The notes below the pieces were generated by a model that was given only the letters and a program-made list of their open reading frames with translations, did no database searches and was not told where the DNA came from. Positions 52,667-64,000 of a stretch of DNA of 64,000 bases are shown in pieces. The position numbers and the translations under genes were made by a program. Each line of letters starts with the position of its first letter. The first letter of the stretch is position 1. The DNA comes from Octopus sinensis (taxonomy: Eukaryota): positions 63,798,001 through 63,862,000 of the forward strand of contig NC_043008.1 of NCBI RefSeq assembly GCF_006345805.1, given 5' to 3'.

Positions 52667-54835
52667 CATCATCATCCTCATCATCATCGTTTAACGTCCA
52701 TTTTCCGCGCTAGCACAGGTTGGACGGTTCGACCGTGGTCTGGGAAGCCAGGAGGCTGCACCAGGCTCCAGTCTGATCTGGCAGTGTTTCTACAGCTGGA
52801 TGCCCTTCCTAACGCCAGCCACTCCGCGAGTGTAGTGGGTGCTTTTTACGCGCCACCAGCACAGAAGCCAGTCGAGGCGGTGCTGATCTCAGCCACGTTT
52901 GGATGGTGTTTTTTATGTGCCACTGGCACAGGTATCACAACTACTATTTCCATTGATATTTATTTCGATGTTCATGTACCTGACTCAATAGGTCTCTTCA
53001 AGCACAGCGGGTTGTTCTGAAATCCAAGGTACTTTCGAATGGGCAGGGGCTATGCAGAACTGGTGCAGGAAGCAGCCCGGGTCTTTGCAGTCACAGCATA
53101 TCTCCAGAGGTTTCGGTCCTTCGTCATTGCCTCTGTGAAACCCAATGCTCTGAGGTCATGCTTGACTACCTCATCCCATGTCTTCCTGGGTCTACCTCTC
53201 CCTCTGATACCTTCAACTGATTGGGAGCGGCACTTCTTCACACATCTCTCCTCATCCATCCACAGTACATGGCCATACCATCGCAAGCGTCGCTCTTGCA
53301 TACCACATCTGATGCTTCTTATGTCCAGCATTTCTCTCAGAGTGCTTACACTCTGTCGTGCACGCACACTGACATTACACATCCAGTGGATCATGTTAGC
53401 TTCATTTCTTTCAAGTCTATGCATGTCCTCTGCAATCACAGCCCATGTTTCACTACCATGAAGCATAGCAGTTCACACACATGCATCATACAATCTACCT
53501 TTCACTCTGAGCGAGAGACTCTTTGTCGCCAGTAGGGGTAGGAGCTTTCTAAACTTTGCCCAGGCTATTCATATTCTAGTGGTGACACTCTCTGAGCATC
53601 CTCCTCCACTACTAACTTGATCACCCAGGTAGCGGAAACTATCAACTACTTCTAGTTTCTCCCCCTGGAGTGTGATGGAATCTGTTTTCTGAGTATCTGT
53701 GGTGTCTATTGTCCCTGTGCATCTGCCGCACATGAAAGCTATCTTGTCAGTTAATTTCCCTTTGATGTTGCTGCACCTCTTATGCGTCCATAGCTTACAC
53801 TGGGTACATCTTATGGAGTTTCTACCTACACCTTTCCTACTGATCAAGCATGGCCACCTGCCCGAGGGGGTGTGGGCTGAGTTCGCCTTTCTGCTTACTA
53901 TAACTTTGGTCTTTGCTACATTTACTCTAAGGCCCTTTGATTCTAACCCTTGCTTCCACACCTGAAATTTCTTTTCTAGTTCTGGTAGTGATTCTGCTAT
54001 GAGAGCCAGGTCATCAGCATAGAGGAGCTCCCAGGGGCACTCTGTTTTGAATTCCTCTGTTATTGCCTGGAGGACTATGATGAATAAAAGGGGACTGAGG
54101 GCTGAACCTTGGTTTACACCTACTTCTACCCGGAATTCTTCACTATATTCGTTGCCAATCCTAACCTTGCTGACAGCCTCTCTGTATAGGCCCTGTACAG
54201 CCCTTATTAGCCATTCGTCAATCTCCAGTTTCCGCATCGACCACCAGATAAGGGATCAGGGGACCCTGTCAAAGGCTTTCTCCAAGTCCACAAAAGCTAT
54301 GTAGAGGGGTTTATCTTTAGCTAGGTACTTCTCCTGCAGTTGTCGGACCAGGAATATAGCATCAGTGGTGCTTCTACCCAGCACAAAACCGAACTGCATC
54401 TCATCTAATGAGATGGGTTATGACCCTCTCTGTGATCTTCATCACCTGATCCAACAGTTTAATACCCCTGTAGTTATTTCTATCTAGAGCATCACCTTTA
54501 CCCTTGTAGCAGTTGACTATGGTGCTGCTACGCCAGTCATTGGGTATGACTCCATTATTAACTACCTGGTTTACAATGCGGGTGACTAGGCCATAGCCCA
54601 CACAACCAGCTGTCTTAAGCATCTCAGCAGTGATTCCTGATGGGCCGGGGGCTTTACCTGGTTTCATACCCTTAATTGCCTTAACTACAAGGGAGCTCTC
54701 TATTCGGATAGCTGGTCCCTCTACTGGGTCAACATTTGGCAGGCTCTCCTCCTCTCATTCATTCTCCACATTCAGCAGTCTTTCATAATGGCTTCTCCAA
54801 GCCTCTTTCTTTTCACCATCATTAAAAGCAAGCCA
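52667..54835 (-). mobile_element. 5'-truncated RTE-like LINE: RT, Cys-rich (PHD-like) insert, C-terminus, 3' UTR and (GAT)n tail
   Basis: ORFs 54401-54667 (GKAPGPSGI..NYRGIKLL), 53569-54237 (QGSALSP, LYADDL, CTQCKLWTHKRC) and 53050-53466 (HGSETW..RLRWYGH..GRPRKTW); disrupted. Confidence 0.95.
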
Positions 54836-54865
54836 TCATTATATATATATATATATAAATATATA

Positions 54866-54922
<57 letters not shown>

Positions 54923-55129
54923 ATATTATATATATATATATAAATATATATAAATATATATATATATCTTTATATATATAGTAAAAAATGCTTGCGTATT
55001 ATATAGGCAGCAGTATGAAGTACTCAAGTAGAGAACCCAAGACACAAGATATAGATAATATTTACAAGGAGAATTCAAGTAGGTTCAACAATTTATATAA
55101 ACATATATTCAGCCATGAACCAATGTTTA

Positions 55130-55800
55130 TCAGTTATTAAAATATATTAATGTAACAGTCATTAAAATATAAACACATTTTTAGAATTTATGAATACATA
55201 AAAATATAAAAATATAATATATGGGTAGAAAAATTAAATTGAGGTATAAAAATGTTGATGCTTAAGGTTATATATAAACATCTTGAACTACTATCATATT
55301 AATAGATTAAAAGCATTGTTAAAAATATTGAAGAATATGAATACAAATCCTTACGAAAAAGTGAATGTATAAAGTTTTAAGCATGAAAGTTGGGGTTTCC
55401 AAAAAAACTGATGTAGGTAATCCAGTTTAAATAAATAGGTAGAGGTGTTCCACCGGCCATTTCAGGGGCCCAGTAATCCATAGATTTGAGGGTATTCCAA
55501 TCCAAATATTAGATACTGCCTCCTTCATCAGGGAGAATACACTATTTAGGATTCACATTTCATACAGTGTTGCAGTTAGCAGATGAGTCTTGGTTTTAAA
55601 GGGAGGTACACATGTTAACAGGAAGAGAAAGTGTTATAGCAGGAATTGTGGGAAGTGGAATTTAGAAAATATTGCAGAATGTCCTCAACTCACTTATGAA
55701 AAACGACTTCCAGGCCAGATTCCAAAAGTGGCAGGAACACTGGAACTGGTGTATTGCTGTGAAAGGTTACTATTTTGAAGGAGATGATGTCAAAATTTAA
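55130..55800 (-). pseudogene. Highly decayed Penelope-like (GIY-YIG) relic
   Basis: Minus strand IYGLLG / PLKWPVEHL resembles YIGxTxRPLxxRxxEH; follows (TA)n. Confidence 0.35.
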
Positions 55801-55829
55801 GTAAATAAGCTATTTTTCATTAAACATAA

Positions 55830-56262
55830 TTACACTATTTACATTATTTACATTTGATGGATATTTGTCCTCATCTTGTTTATTGTTAACACAACGTTTT
55901 GACTGATATACCCTCCAGCCTTCATCAGGTGTCTTGGGAAAAGTTTGAACTTGGGTTCTCATTCCTAAGGTATTTTTCGATATTATCATTATTATTATTG
56001 TTGTTGTTGTTGTTGTTGTTGTTGTTATTATTATTATCATCATCAACATTATTATTATTATTATTAATATTATTACTATTCAGGTCACTGCCTAGAATCG
56101 AACTCGGAATCTTGGGGTTAGTAGCCCACACTCTTAACCACTACGCCATATGCCTTTGGGCATATCAGCCGAAACATTGTGTTAACAACAAACAAGATGA
56201 GGACAAATATCCGTCAACTGTAAATAATGTACATAATTCCTCATCTCTTAAATATAAAACTG
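55830..56262 (-). mobile_element. tRNA-headed element carrying a hammerhead motif, with an inverted partial terminal copy
   Basis: Head 56081-56154 (A box TGGCGTAGTGG, B box GAGTTCGATTC), then (AAT/AAC)n, then the hammerhead at 55888-55933; 56162-56231 is an inverted copy of 55840-55910; taaacataa flanks at 55821 and 56263. Confidence 0.78.
55888..55933 (-). ncRNA. Minimal type-I hammerhead motif
   Basis: gacac-CTGATGA-a-ggctgga..tcagtc-AAAA-CG-TT-gtgtt; the inverted copy at 56165 retains cagcc-GAAA, so the consensus core is intact. Confidence 0.65.
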
Positions 56263-56360
56263 TAAACATAACTAATTCAAAAACATTTTGACACCACTTT
56301 TGTATAATGGTTTCTATTTAAGATTTCAAGACTCTTACTTAGAGTTTGGAAGAAACTAAT

Positions 56361-56417
56361 CAACAGCTCTGATGATGTCATTTTGAAACTCCAGATCTTT
56401 GGAGTCATACATTGTTT
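56361..56417 (+). ncRNA. Possible hammerhead relic
   Basis: CTGATGA-tgtcatttt-GAAA-ctcca/gatctt/tggag-TC; good stem III and GUC site, but stems I and II are poor. Confidence 0.35.
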
Positions 56418-56427
56418 AGCAAGTCCT

Positions 56428-56655
56428 TTAACCCTTTCATTACTGTATTTATTTTGAGATGCTCTGTGTTTCTTCCAGTTACTTTAAATATAACAAAGAA
56501 TTTAGTAAAATAACTTAGTTATCATTCAGCTAGAGTTAGGAACATAACTTGTGACTAAGGTTTGGTGGAAGATTTTAATTCCAAACTTATGAAAACAAGA
56601 CATTTCTATTCAGAGCTAGGGCCGGTTTCAACCGGGTTGGTAACAAAAGGGTTAA
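56428..56655. mobile_element. piggyBac-type MITE
   Basis: TTAA-ccctttcattact ... tggtaacaaaaggg-TTAA; homologous to 29389. Confidence 0.88.
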
Positions 56656-57709
56656 TCTAAAGCCTGAATGTACCTTTAATGTAAAGGCTGAATGTGGTTA
56701 GTATGTTCAGCTCTTGATCATATAAGGTGGTGGCTTGAATTCCTGTACCATGAAGCACATTATGACTTTAAGGAAAGCACTCCATTTTATGTTACTGCAG
56801 CTGTAATGATTTACTAGTCAGGTGCAGGTGCAAACACCTCTTCTTTCTTTCCCCTCCAGCTATCGTATCCTAGATGCTTAGCTGAGATAAGGGAGTGTGG
56901 GGATAAGTGGGTGTCGATATCTAGTCATGATTATGTAGGGACTTAAATAATTAGCAAAACTTAGGGTATGTTCTACAGGTTTATTTTTTATCGAGATTTG
57001 TTCCTACAGAAATATCTTTCAATCCTCACTTGCCCACTTTTATTTCTTTCACCTACCTGCCAAAATAATATTCACAATCGATCATTCCTCCATCTTTGTT
57101 TTCCCTTCACTGCATTCACATCTAACCACATCTCTAATCATCTGACACTATCCCTTCACTCTCTTGTAAACATCTCCACCCACCCTTCCTGATCCTCAAC
57201 CTTATTTTCACCTTCTTGTACCATAATTGTATGCCCTCTCATCTCATCTCTGTCATTTGTACCTTTTTCCCCAACTTTGGTAGCCATATATCTCTTCTTC
57301 TGAAAGACACCCGTTCCTGTCACTTTATCATACTTTAGCTTCTCAACACCGGGCACAAAGCTGCCTCTCTCTCATTTACATCTGCCACTCACTTGAGGAG
57401 GCCTGCCTTACGAGTTACTTGATAAGCTTACTTGTGTAAGGGCCATGAAAAAGTACTCAATACACTCTGCAAAGTGGATGGCATTAGGAAGGGCATCCAG
57501 AAGTAGAAACCATGCTGAAGTAGACATTGGAGGTCAACACAACCCTCTAGATTTTCAGATCCTGTCAAACTGTTCAACTCATTCCAGCATGGAAGATGGA
57601 CATCAAAAGATGATGATTTCTGTGGATCAACTGTTTTTTTCTTTTTACTTTTTCCCTTTTTTCTTTACTCCTTTTGTTTTGTTGTCTCAGTTTTACTTCA
57701 CCAAATAAC

Positions 57710-58110
57710 CACCGACTTCAATCCTTTATCATGAATGATGCTGAATTCCATTTTGACAAGAACATTTATAAACATTATCACACTTTAGAAATAAACATCT
57801 GAAATTGACAGAAGATGTGCAATAACCAACAACTTGATTAAAAATGCTGAAGACTGCTTCAGAGCTTTCATGGTGTCTGCTATCGAATTTAAGAAATGTA
57901 ACAAGTTTGACACAATACTACCGATCCTATTCATCCACTTACATACACAGATTAAAGAACATACCAATATGAAAACCTCATTGGTAAATACACATCCAGA
58001 ATTGATTATCAGGAACTTGTATGTTAAAGAAGTTATCATAAATACTACAATGAGATTCTAGATTCAAATTTTTATGTCTAGATCTACCAGTCTCAATAAT
58101 GATCTGACAT
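57710..58110 (+). pseudogene. Decayed Tc1/mariner-type transposase relic
   Basis: IMNDAEFHFDKNIYKH resembles FSDEAHFHLxGxVNKQ; SRSTSLN resembles PRSPDLN. Confidence 0.4.
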
Positions 58111-59254
58111 AAAAGTGTCCATATTATTTACATTCAACTTTTCACACTTACTTTTTCTTTTTTTCACTTCATGATTAGAAATTATTAAAACTAATATGTT
58201 GAATAAATTAATCATTTTTTTGGCTTGTTTTTACTCTTTTTATAATTGTAGCTGTTTTTCTTTTTTTAAATCATTTTTCTTCTTTTCTGATTATTATTTA
58301 AATAACAATACTTTATGTAAACTACAAGATCTCTTGCCCAAATTCTAGCTATATTTGGTTGTTAATTATAATAGAAACACAAATAGAAATAGAATTATTT
58401 CAAGAACTGTTTACTGGAACAGAGTCAACTTTTGTTAATCTTCAATACAATAAATAATAAACATATTTTTATGACTGAAATTTCTTTTCATCTCATCGAA
58501 TATTATAGATCAAAAATACCTTTGTTGTTTGTACAACCAACACAATCCACATTATGGTGGAGGATTAATAAGAAATATAATTGTTTCTTAATTCAACATT
58601 TCTATTTTAGCATTTATGATTTTTTTCTCATTATTTTCTCCTGTCCAATACAGTTGTTCTTTTTTATTAATATTAGTAAAAATAATAATTATATGGTATA
58701 AAGCTATAAACTTATGTCATTTTGAGACTATATACCTAATAGTTTAGCATTTCGTTAGTTTAATGCCAACGCTTCTGCTATAGTAGTTGTCGTAATGTAT
58801 TATTCTAGCTGTAAAGAGCTGTCATCTACAGAAGAAACAAAATTATTCTTTTCAAAGAAATATTCAGCAGGCAATAGAAATATTTTATCAGCACAGTACG
58901 AAAACACAAAAAGGAAAGAAGATAAGAAAAGGAAAAGAAAATGAGAAAAAGATATAAAGAAAAAAAAGGATAAAATTTTTCGGAAACGTTTCAAATATAT
59001 CTGAAAATTTGATTTCTTCAATTTAGATAGCAGCAGAAAAATGGCATAACTAACCAAAAATAAGAAAAAAAGAAACCCACAAAAAGAATGAAAATCATAT
59101 GGAATGTAACAATGACAAAACAAATAAAAGAAATAATGACATGAAAGTAAGGGAAACAAAAACAGCGAAAGAAAAAAAAGAGAAAAGATTTGAGCGGATT
59201 AAGGTAGAAAGAGGGATGATAATCATCTTTCCAAAAAAAAAAAAAATGAAAAAC

Positions 59255-59310
<56 letters not shown>

Positions 59311-59477
59311 TAAAATCCAAAAACAAGTACTATCCATTAAGTGAAGAATTTACTTAATCTTCAATGGAACATTTTGTGCAGGTTGTGCAAGAGACAGAAG
59401 CAACAAAAATTTGAGAAAACACCAGACTTTAAAGAACAGAGGTAATTTCATTATTATCTTTATCATCCTCATTATTG

Positions 59478-59536
<59 letters not shown>

Positions 59537-59916
59537 TGACAATGTTCTTTGTATTCTTTCTTCCCATGGTTTTATTTTTAGCTCACTGTTCTATACTATC
59601 ATCAGAAAACACTTTAAGAAAGTGTTAAAGACAAATGGTAAAAGTCATTGAATGGCTTCTGATTTCACAATTCTGATGTCACTCTAGTCAAAACCATTAT
59701 ACTTTTGGTGCAATGACTATTTTGCAGAGTAATATTAATAGAGACATCAACTGTTCTACTAATGCATGCTATTTATTGGATTTGAATAAAATCAGAGAAA
59801 TAATAGCATCTGCTTCATATCTGTGAGATGTCAATATATATTATTGCATAAGGATGTTCGTAAGTAAGTGTACAGGCAAGATTCTAGGTGCAGCAATTTA
59901 CATCATCAATGAAACA

Positions 59917-60610
<694 letters not shown>

Positions 60611-60832
60611 ATACTTAAACATATCCATATATTCATACATATATACATGAATACTTGTTTATCAATCTATCTGTTACTCTATCTATCCATCAATGTACAA
60701 CGTATCCCGTTATATATATATATAAATACTCCCTGCTGGAGTCTTTGATTTTCCAAAGGAAAATATATTTATATTGTGAAATTTAATTTGATACTAAATT
60801 GAATTTTTACCTGTAAGTTTGGATTTATACTC

Positions 60833-60870
<38 letters not shown>

Positions 60871-62078
60871 CATATGTCTGCGTGTGCAAGTAGATTTTAT
60901 GGCTGGATACTCTTTCTAATTGTGAGCCTTGTAATACATCACTTCAAACACATCATTTATAACATACCTATGTAACTCCCTATATACATGCATACATTCA
61001 CACACACACACACACACGTGCGCGCACATGCACACATACACACACAGACATGCACAAGAGAAATTGGCAGATACATCATAGCGTCATACAGAGTGCTTTG
61101 CAGTGTTTCTTCTGTTTCACCATGCTCTGAGATCAAAATCCCACCAAAACTAACTTAACCTTCCATTCCTCTCAGGGTTGATATTTAAAGCCCTTATCTA
61201 ATATTGAGATCAAATATTTTTCTCTTACATGCATTCTTTCTTTCTCATTCTTTCTTGAACAGATTAGTTGTGTCCAGTCTTGGAAAATCGAAGATTCCAA
61301 CAGGTTTGTAAATACCCAAGATAATATGTCACCGACTGCTTTTCAGAGTGTATTGGATGCATTTTTTCAAGGCACCAACACTAGAGAGAGATAGAGAAGT
61401 CCCTATTGATTTGTCTCAGTGTGGTATGACAAAAGTATCCTCTCTACTTACTAAATTTTCTGACTATTTAACCAATTAAAACATCCAGAGTGATACCTTG
61501 TTGAATGCAAATACAAATGTAAGGAGTACACAGTAACTTAATCTGTGACCAATGTGGGAAAGATGCGGTAATGATGGCAAAAGGAAGACCAAAAATTAAG
61601 TAGATGAAACAGGAGACAGGGATGTAAATGTAGGTGTTGACAATACTCCCTTGAGTGTGTACATTTGCTCAGTTGATCAAGGAAGGGAATAGGGGAGGGA
61701 GAGAGGGAATGATATCAGAAGAAACAGATTTGCCAAAAAAGTAGCACATCTCTCAACATAAGTGCAAGAATGGAATTTGCTTAGGGTGTGCAAACCCAGG
61801 TCCAACCCAAGATATTCAAAGCATTTTCATTGCCCCCACATAATTTTTGGGCTGCTCTTGCACCCACTGCATACCCTCTTCCTGAGCCTGTACTTCTCAA
61901 AATAAATACCTTCTCCATCATTACAGATTTAACAGGTTAAGGAATGATACAGTATTGGCTTCCACTTTCCATCTAAGGTAAATGATAATAAACACTCGTT
62001 CACTCAGTCTTTGAGATTTATTTCCTATGACAACAATAAACTTTTAATAACATAATCAGCAATGCTGGTATAGGTTAT

Positions 62079-62483
62079 GTTTCTTTATTAGCCACACAGG
62101 GCTGGACACAGATGGGACAAATTACAAAGTAGAGCTTTTCTTTTGGGGAGAAAAAAAAAGTGGGATAGGTTTTCGATCAAAAGGGATCATAGAAAGGAAG
62201 AAAAAAAAAAGAAAAAAAGGAAAGAAAAAGAGAAAAGAAAAAACGATCAATAGGGATCGTGTATCAGAGAAATGTCATGATGTAAAATGTAAAGGGGAAG
62301 CAGATAAGGTTTATCCATGGAAGGAAAAGCCTACGGAAAAGACCACGGTAACCTCGGTCATTAATGTCACATATTAACACATTTATTTGCAAGTAAGTAA
62401 CTGTCTGTTTTAAATTTTTCCAGGTTCATAGGATTATGCTCAAGGTGGCTTCGTCCATTCATACATGCCATCCTTGCTACATT
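62079..62483 (-). mobile_element. LINE 3' end (L1/Tx1-like)
   Basis: Minus strand NVARMACMNGRSHLEHNP, then a pyrimidine-rich UTR ending ctaataaagaaa. Confidence 0.5.
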
Positions 62484-63344
62484 AGGTTAGACAGTTCAAA
62501 AGAATCTAATAAGCCAGAGACCTTGGTCAAATTCTAATGTCTGTTTTGATAATGTATACCTTAATAGTGGTTTCAGTGGTTTGGATAACCTTTCTAACAG
62601 AAACCTCTTTACGGAGTATTCTGGGTGCACATCTTTGCAATTGGCACCGCTGAGGATACCAAGTAACTTGCATGGCAGAAAAGCATGCTCGACTGAATGG
62701 TGTATAGTAGAGAACGACATGGCTTTCTGCAAGGTGTGTTTCAGGCTAAAGAATGATACAGGGACAGGACAGGTATCTTTCTGTAGAGGAGACACATCAT
62801 GATATGGGAAGTAGTAGCTGAAAGAGAGCAATAAAGATGGTGATGCTGAGATGTTTAGTATAAAATATATAATGCATTGCTACAATACATAAACCTATAT
62901 GGCAAACTAGAAATAGCTTGTGACTGGTATGTACTGATAATGTGCATTCCCAAAATGCAAGTTGAACTGCATTTTGCTATTGTCATCAGTATGTATCATA
63001 CACTTTTGCAGTGCATTGATGACACTGAAACAAAAGTCTTCCTGATTAAGTGCAGGTTTCTCTCACTGGATGAAGCCATAGCAATATTTGATTCTGAATT
63101 TCTCATACTGTTTTCTTGGCAGAGATAATTCGGTGGTTTGTTATTTCCTTCCCCAACAGGATGGCTGTTGGCCCACAGAGAGCTACTCAAATGGGGAAGC
63201 CAGTTTAGTAGCTGACCACTTGACCAATGAACAGGCAGTAGTGGTTTACATGGTACCAGTTGCTGGTATCATCAGCCTGCGATGAGATCCCTGATCTGAC
63301 ATATATATACGTCAGCTTATATACAGAAAGTTAAAGTAAGTATA

Positions 63345-63575
63345 TCATCATCATTGTTTAACGTCCGTTTTCCATTCTAGAATGGATTGGATGGTTTGAC
63401 CGGGATCTGGGAAGCCAGGAGGCTGCACCAGGCTCCAGTCTGATCTGGCAGTGTTTCTACAGCTGGATGCCCTTCCTGACGCCAACCACCCTGTGAATGT
63501 AGTGGGTGCTTTTTAGGTGCCACCGGTACAGGTGCCAGGGGAGGCTGGCAGCAGCTACAATCGGTTGGTGCTTTA
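63345..63575 (-). mobile_element. RTE 3'-UTR-derived repeat
   Basis: Matches 52680-52910. Confidence 0.88.
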
Positions 63576-64000
63576 CAGCAAGCAAAGGGTTCTCAACAAA
63601 AAATTTAGAACATTACTCATCTTTGAATATGGAAAAGACAAAAATAATACAGCTCTTCAAAATTAAAGATCCTACTTCACTGCTACTGCTGTGTGTCATT
63701 CTAATATATCAGGACAATAATTTCTGTCATGTAATTATTCCAAACACTAAATCTAAAGTACTAATATTAATCACAGAAGAAATTTCGGATAATTCTTGCT
63801 TCATTATCCTGTCAAGTGTCTATCCTTATCTTCTTTGATATCCTTTAAATTTCTAATTAAAATGCGATATGTTTATTACACTTAGTGTCATACATCCAAA
63901 GTTATGATAAACAAAAAGCTGTAAATAATGTGTGTAAACATATTTCTTATTAAACCCTGTAACTTCAATTAACATTACACACACACATATATATGTACAC

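Noticed and set aside
55095-55140. Hammerhead at the end of the decayed PLE relic (minus strand CTGATAA...GAAT)
   Set aside because: Two core positions are mutated and the stems are weak.
56081-56154. Functional tRNA gene (also the SINE heads at 7081, 7723 and 40659)
   Set aside because: A and B boxes are present but the acceptor stem and cloverleaf are imperfect, and each continues into repeat body sequence.
58735-58825. Minus-strand exon candidate after ttcttctgtag
   Set aside because: All frames closed; weak donor.

Overview
AT-rich, microsatellite-dense metazoan DNA with no prokaryotic features. The repeat content looks like a coleoid cephalopod (Octopus-type) genome; this is an inference. 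The window is essentially intronic or intergenic, with only two candidate host exons (5012-5131 +, 32745-32882 -). Almost all ORF-track entries are microsatellite artefacts or transposon remnants. Identified elements: at least four tRNA-derived SINE families, an RTE-like LINE (52667-54835) and many copies of its 3' UTR, R4/Dong-like RLE LINE fragments sitting in (AAT)n tracts, two mariner relics, TTAA-flanked piggyBac-type MITEs and Penelope-type GIY-YIG relics. The most striking signal is a set of mutually unrelated non-coding elements, mostly fold-back (inverted) structures, that each carry a minimal type-I hammerhead ribozyme motif: 184-495, 570-3407, 11994-12280, 17662-18373, 23268-23470, 24844-25968, 28066-28220 and 55830-56262. 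These include apparent G3:C8 and U3:A8 compensatory core variants, a very young ~556-nt circularly permuted unit and a tRNA-headed copy. Together they suggest a diverse population of Penelope-mobilised or retrozyme-like RNAs. All calls were made by eye, boundaries are approximate, and ribozyme activity is untested.
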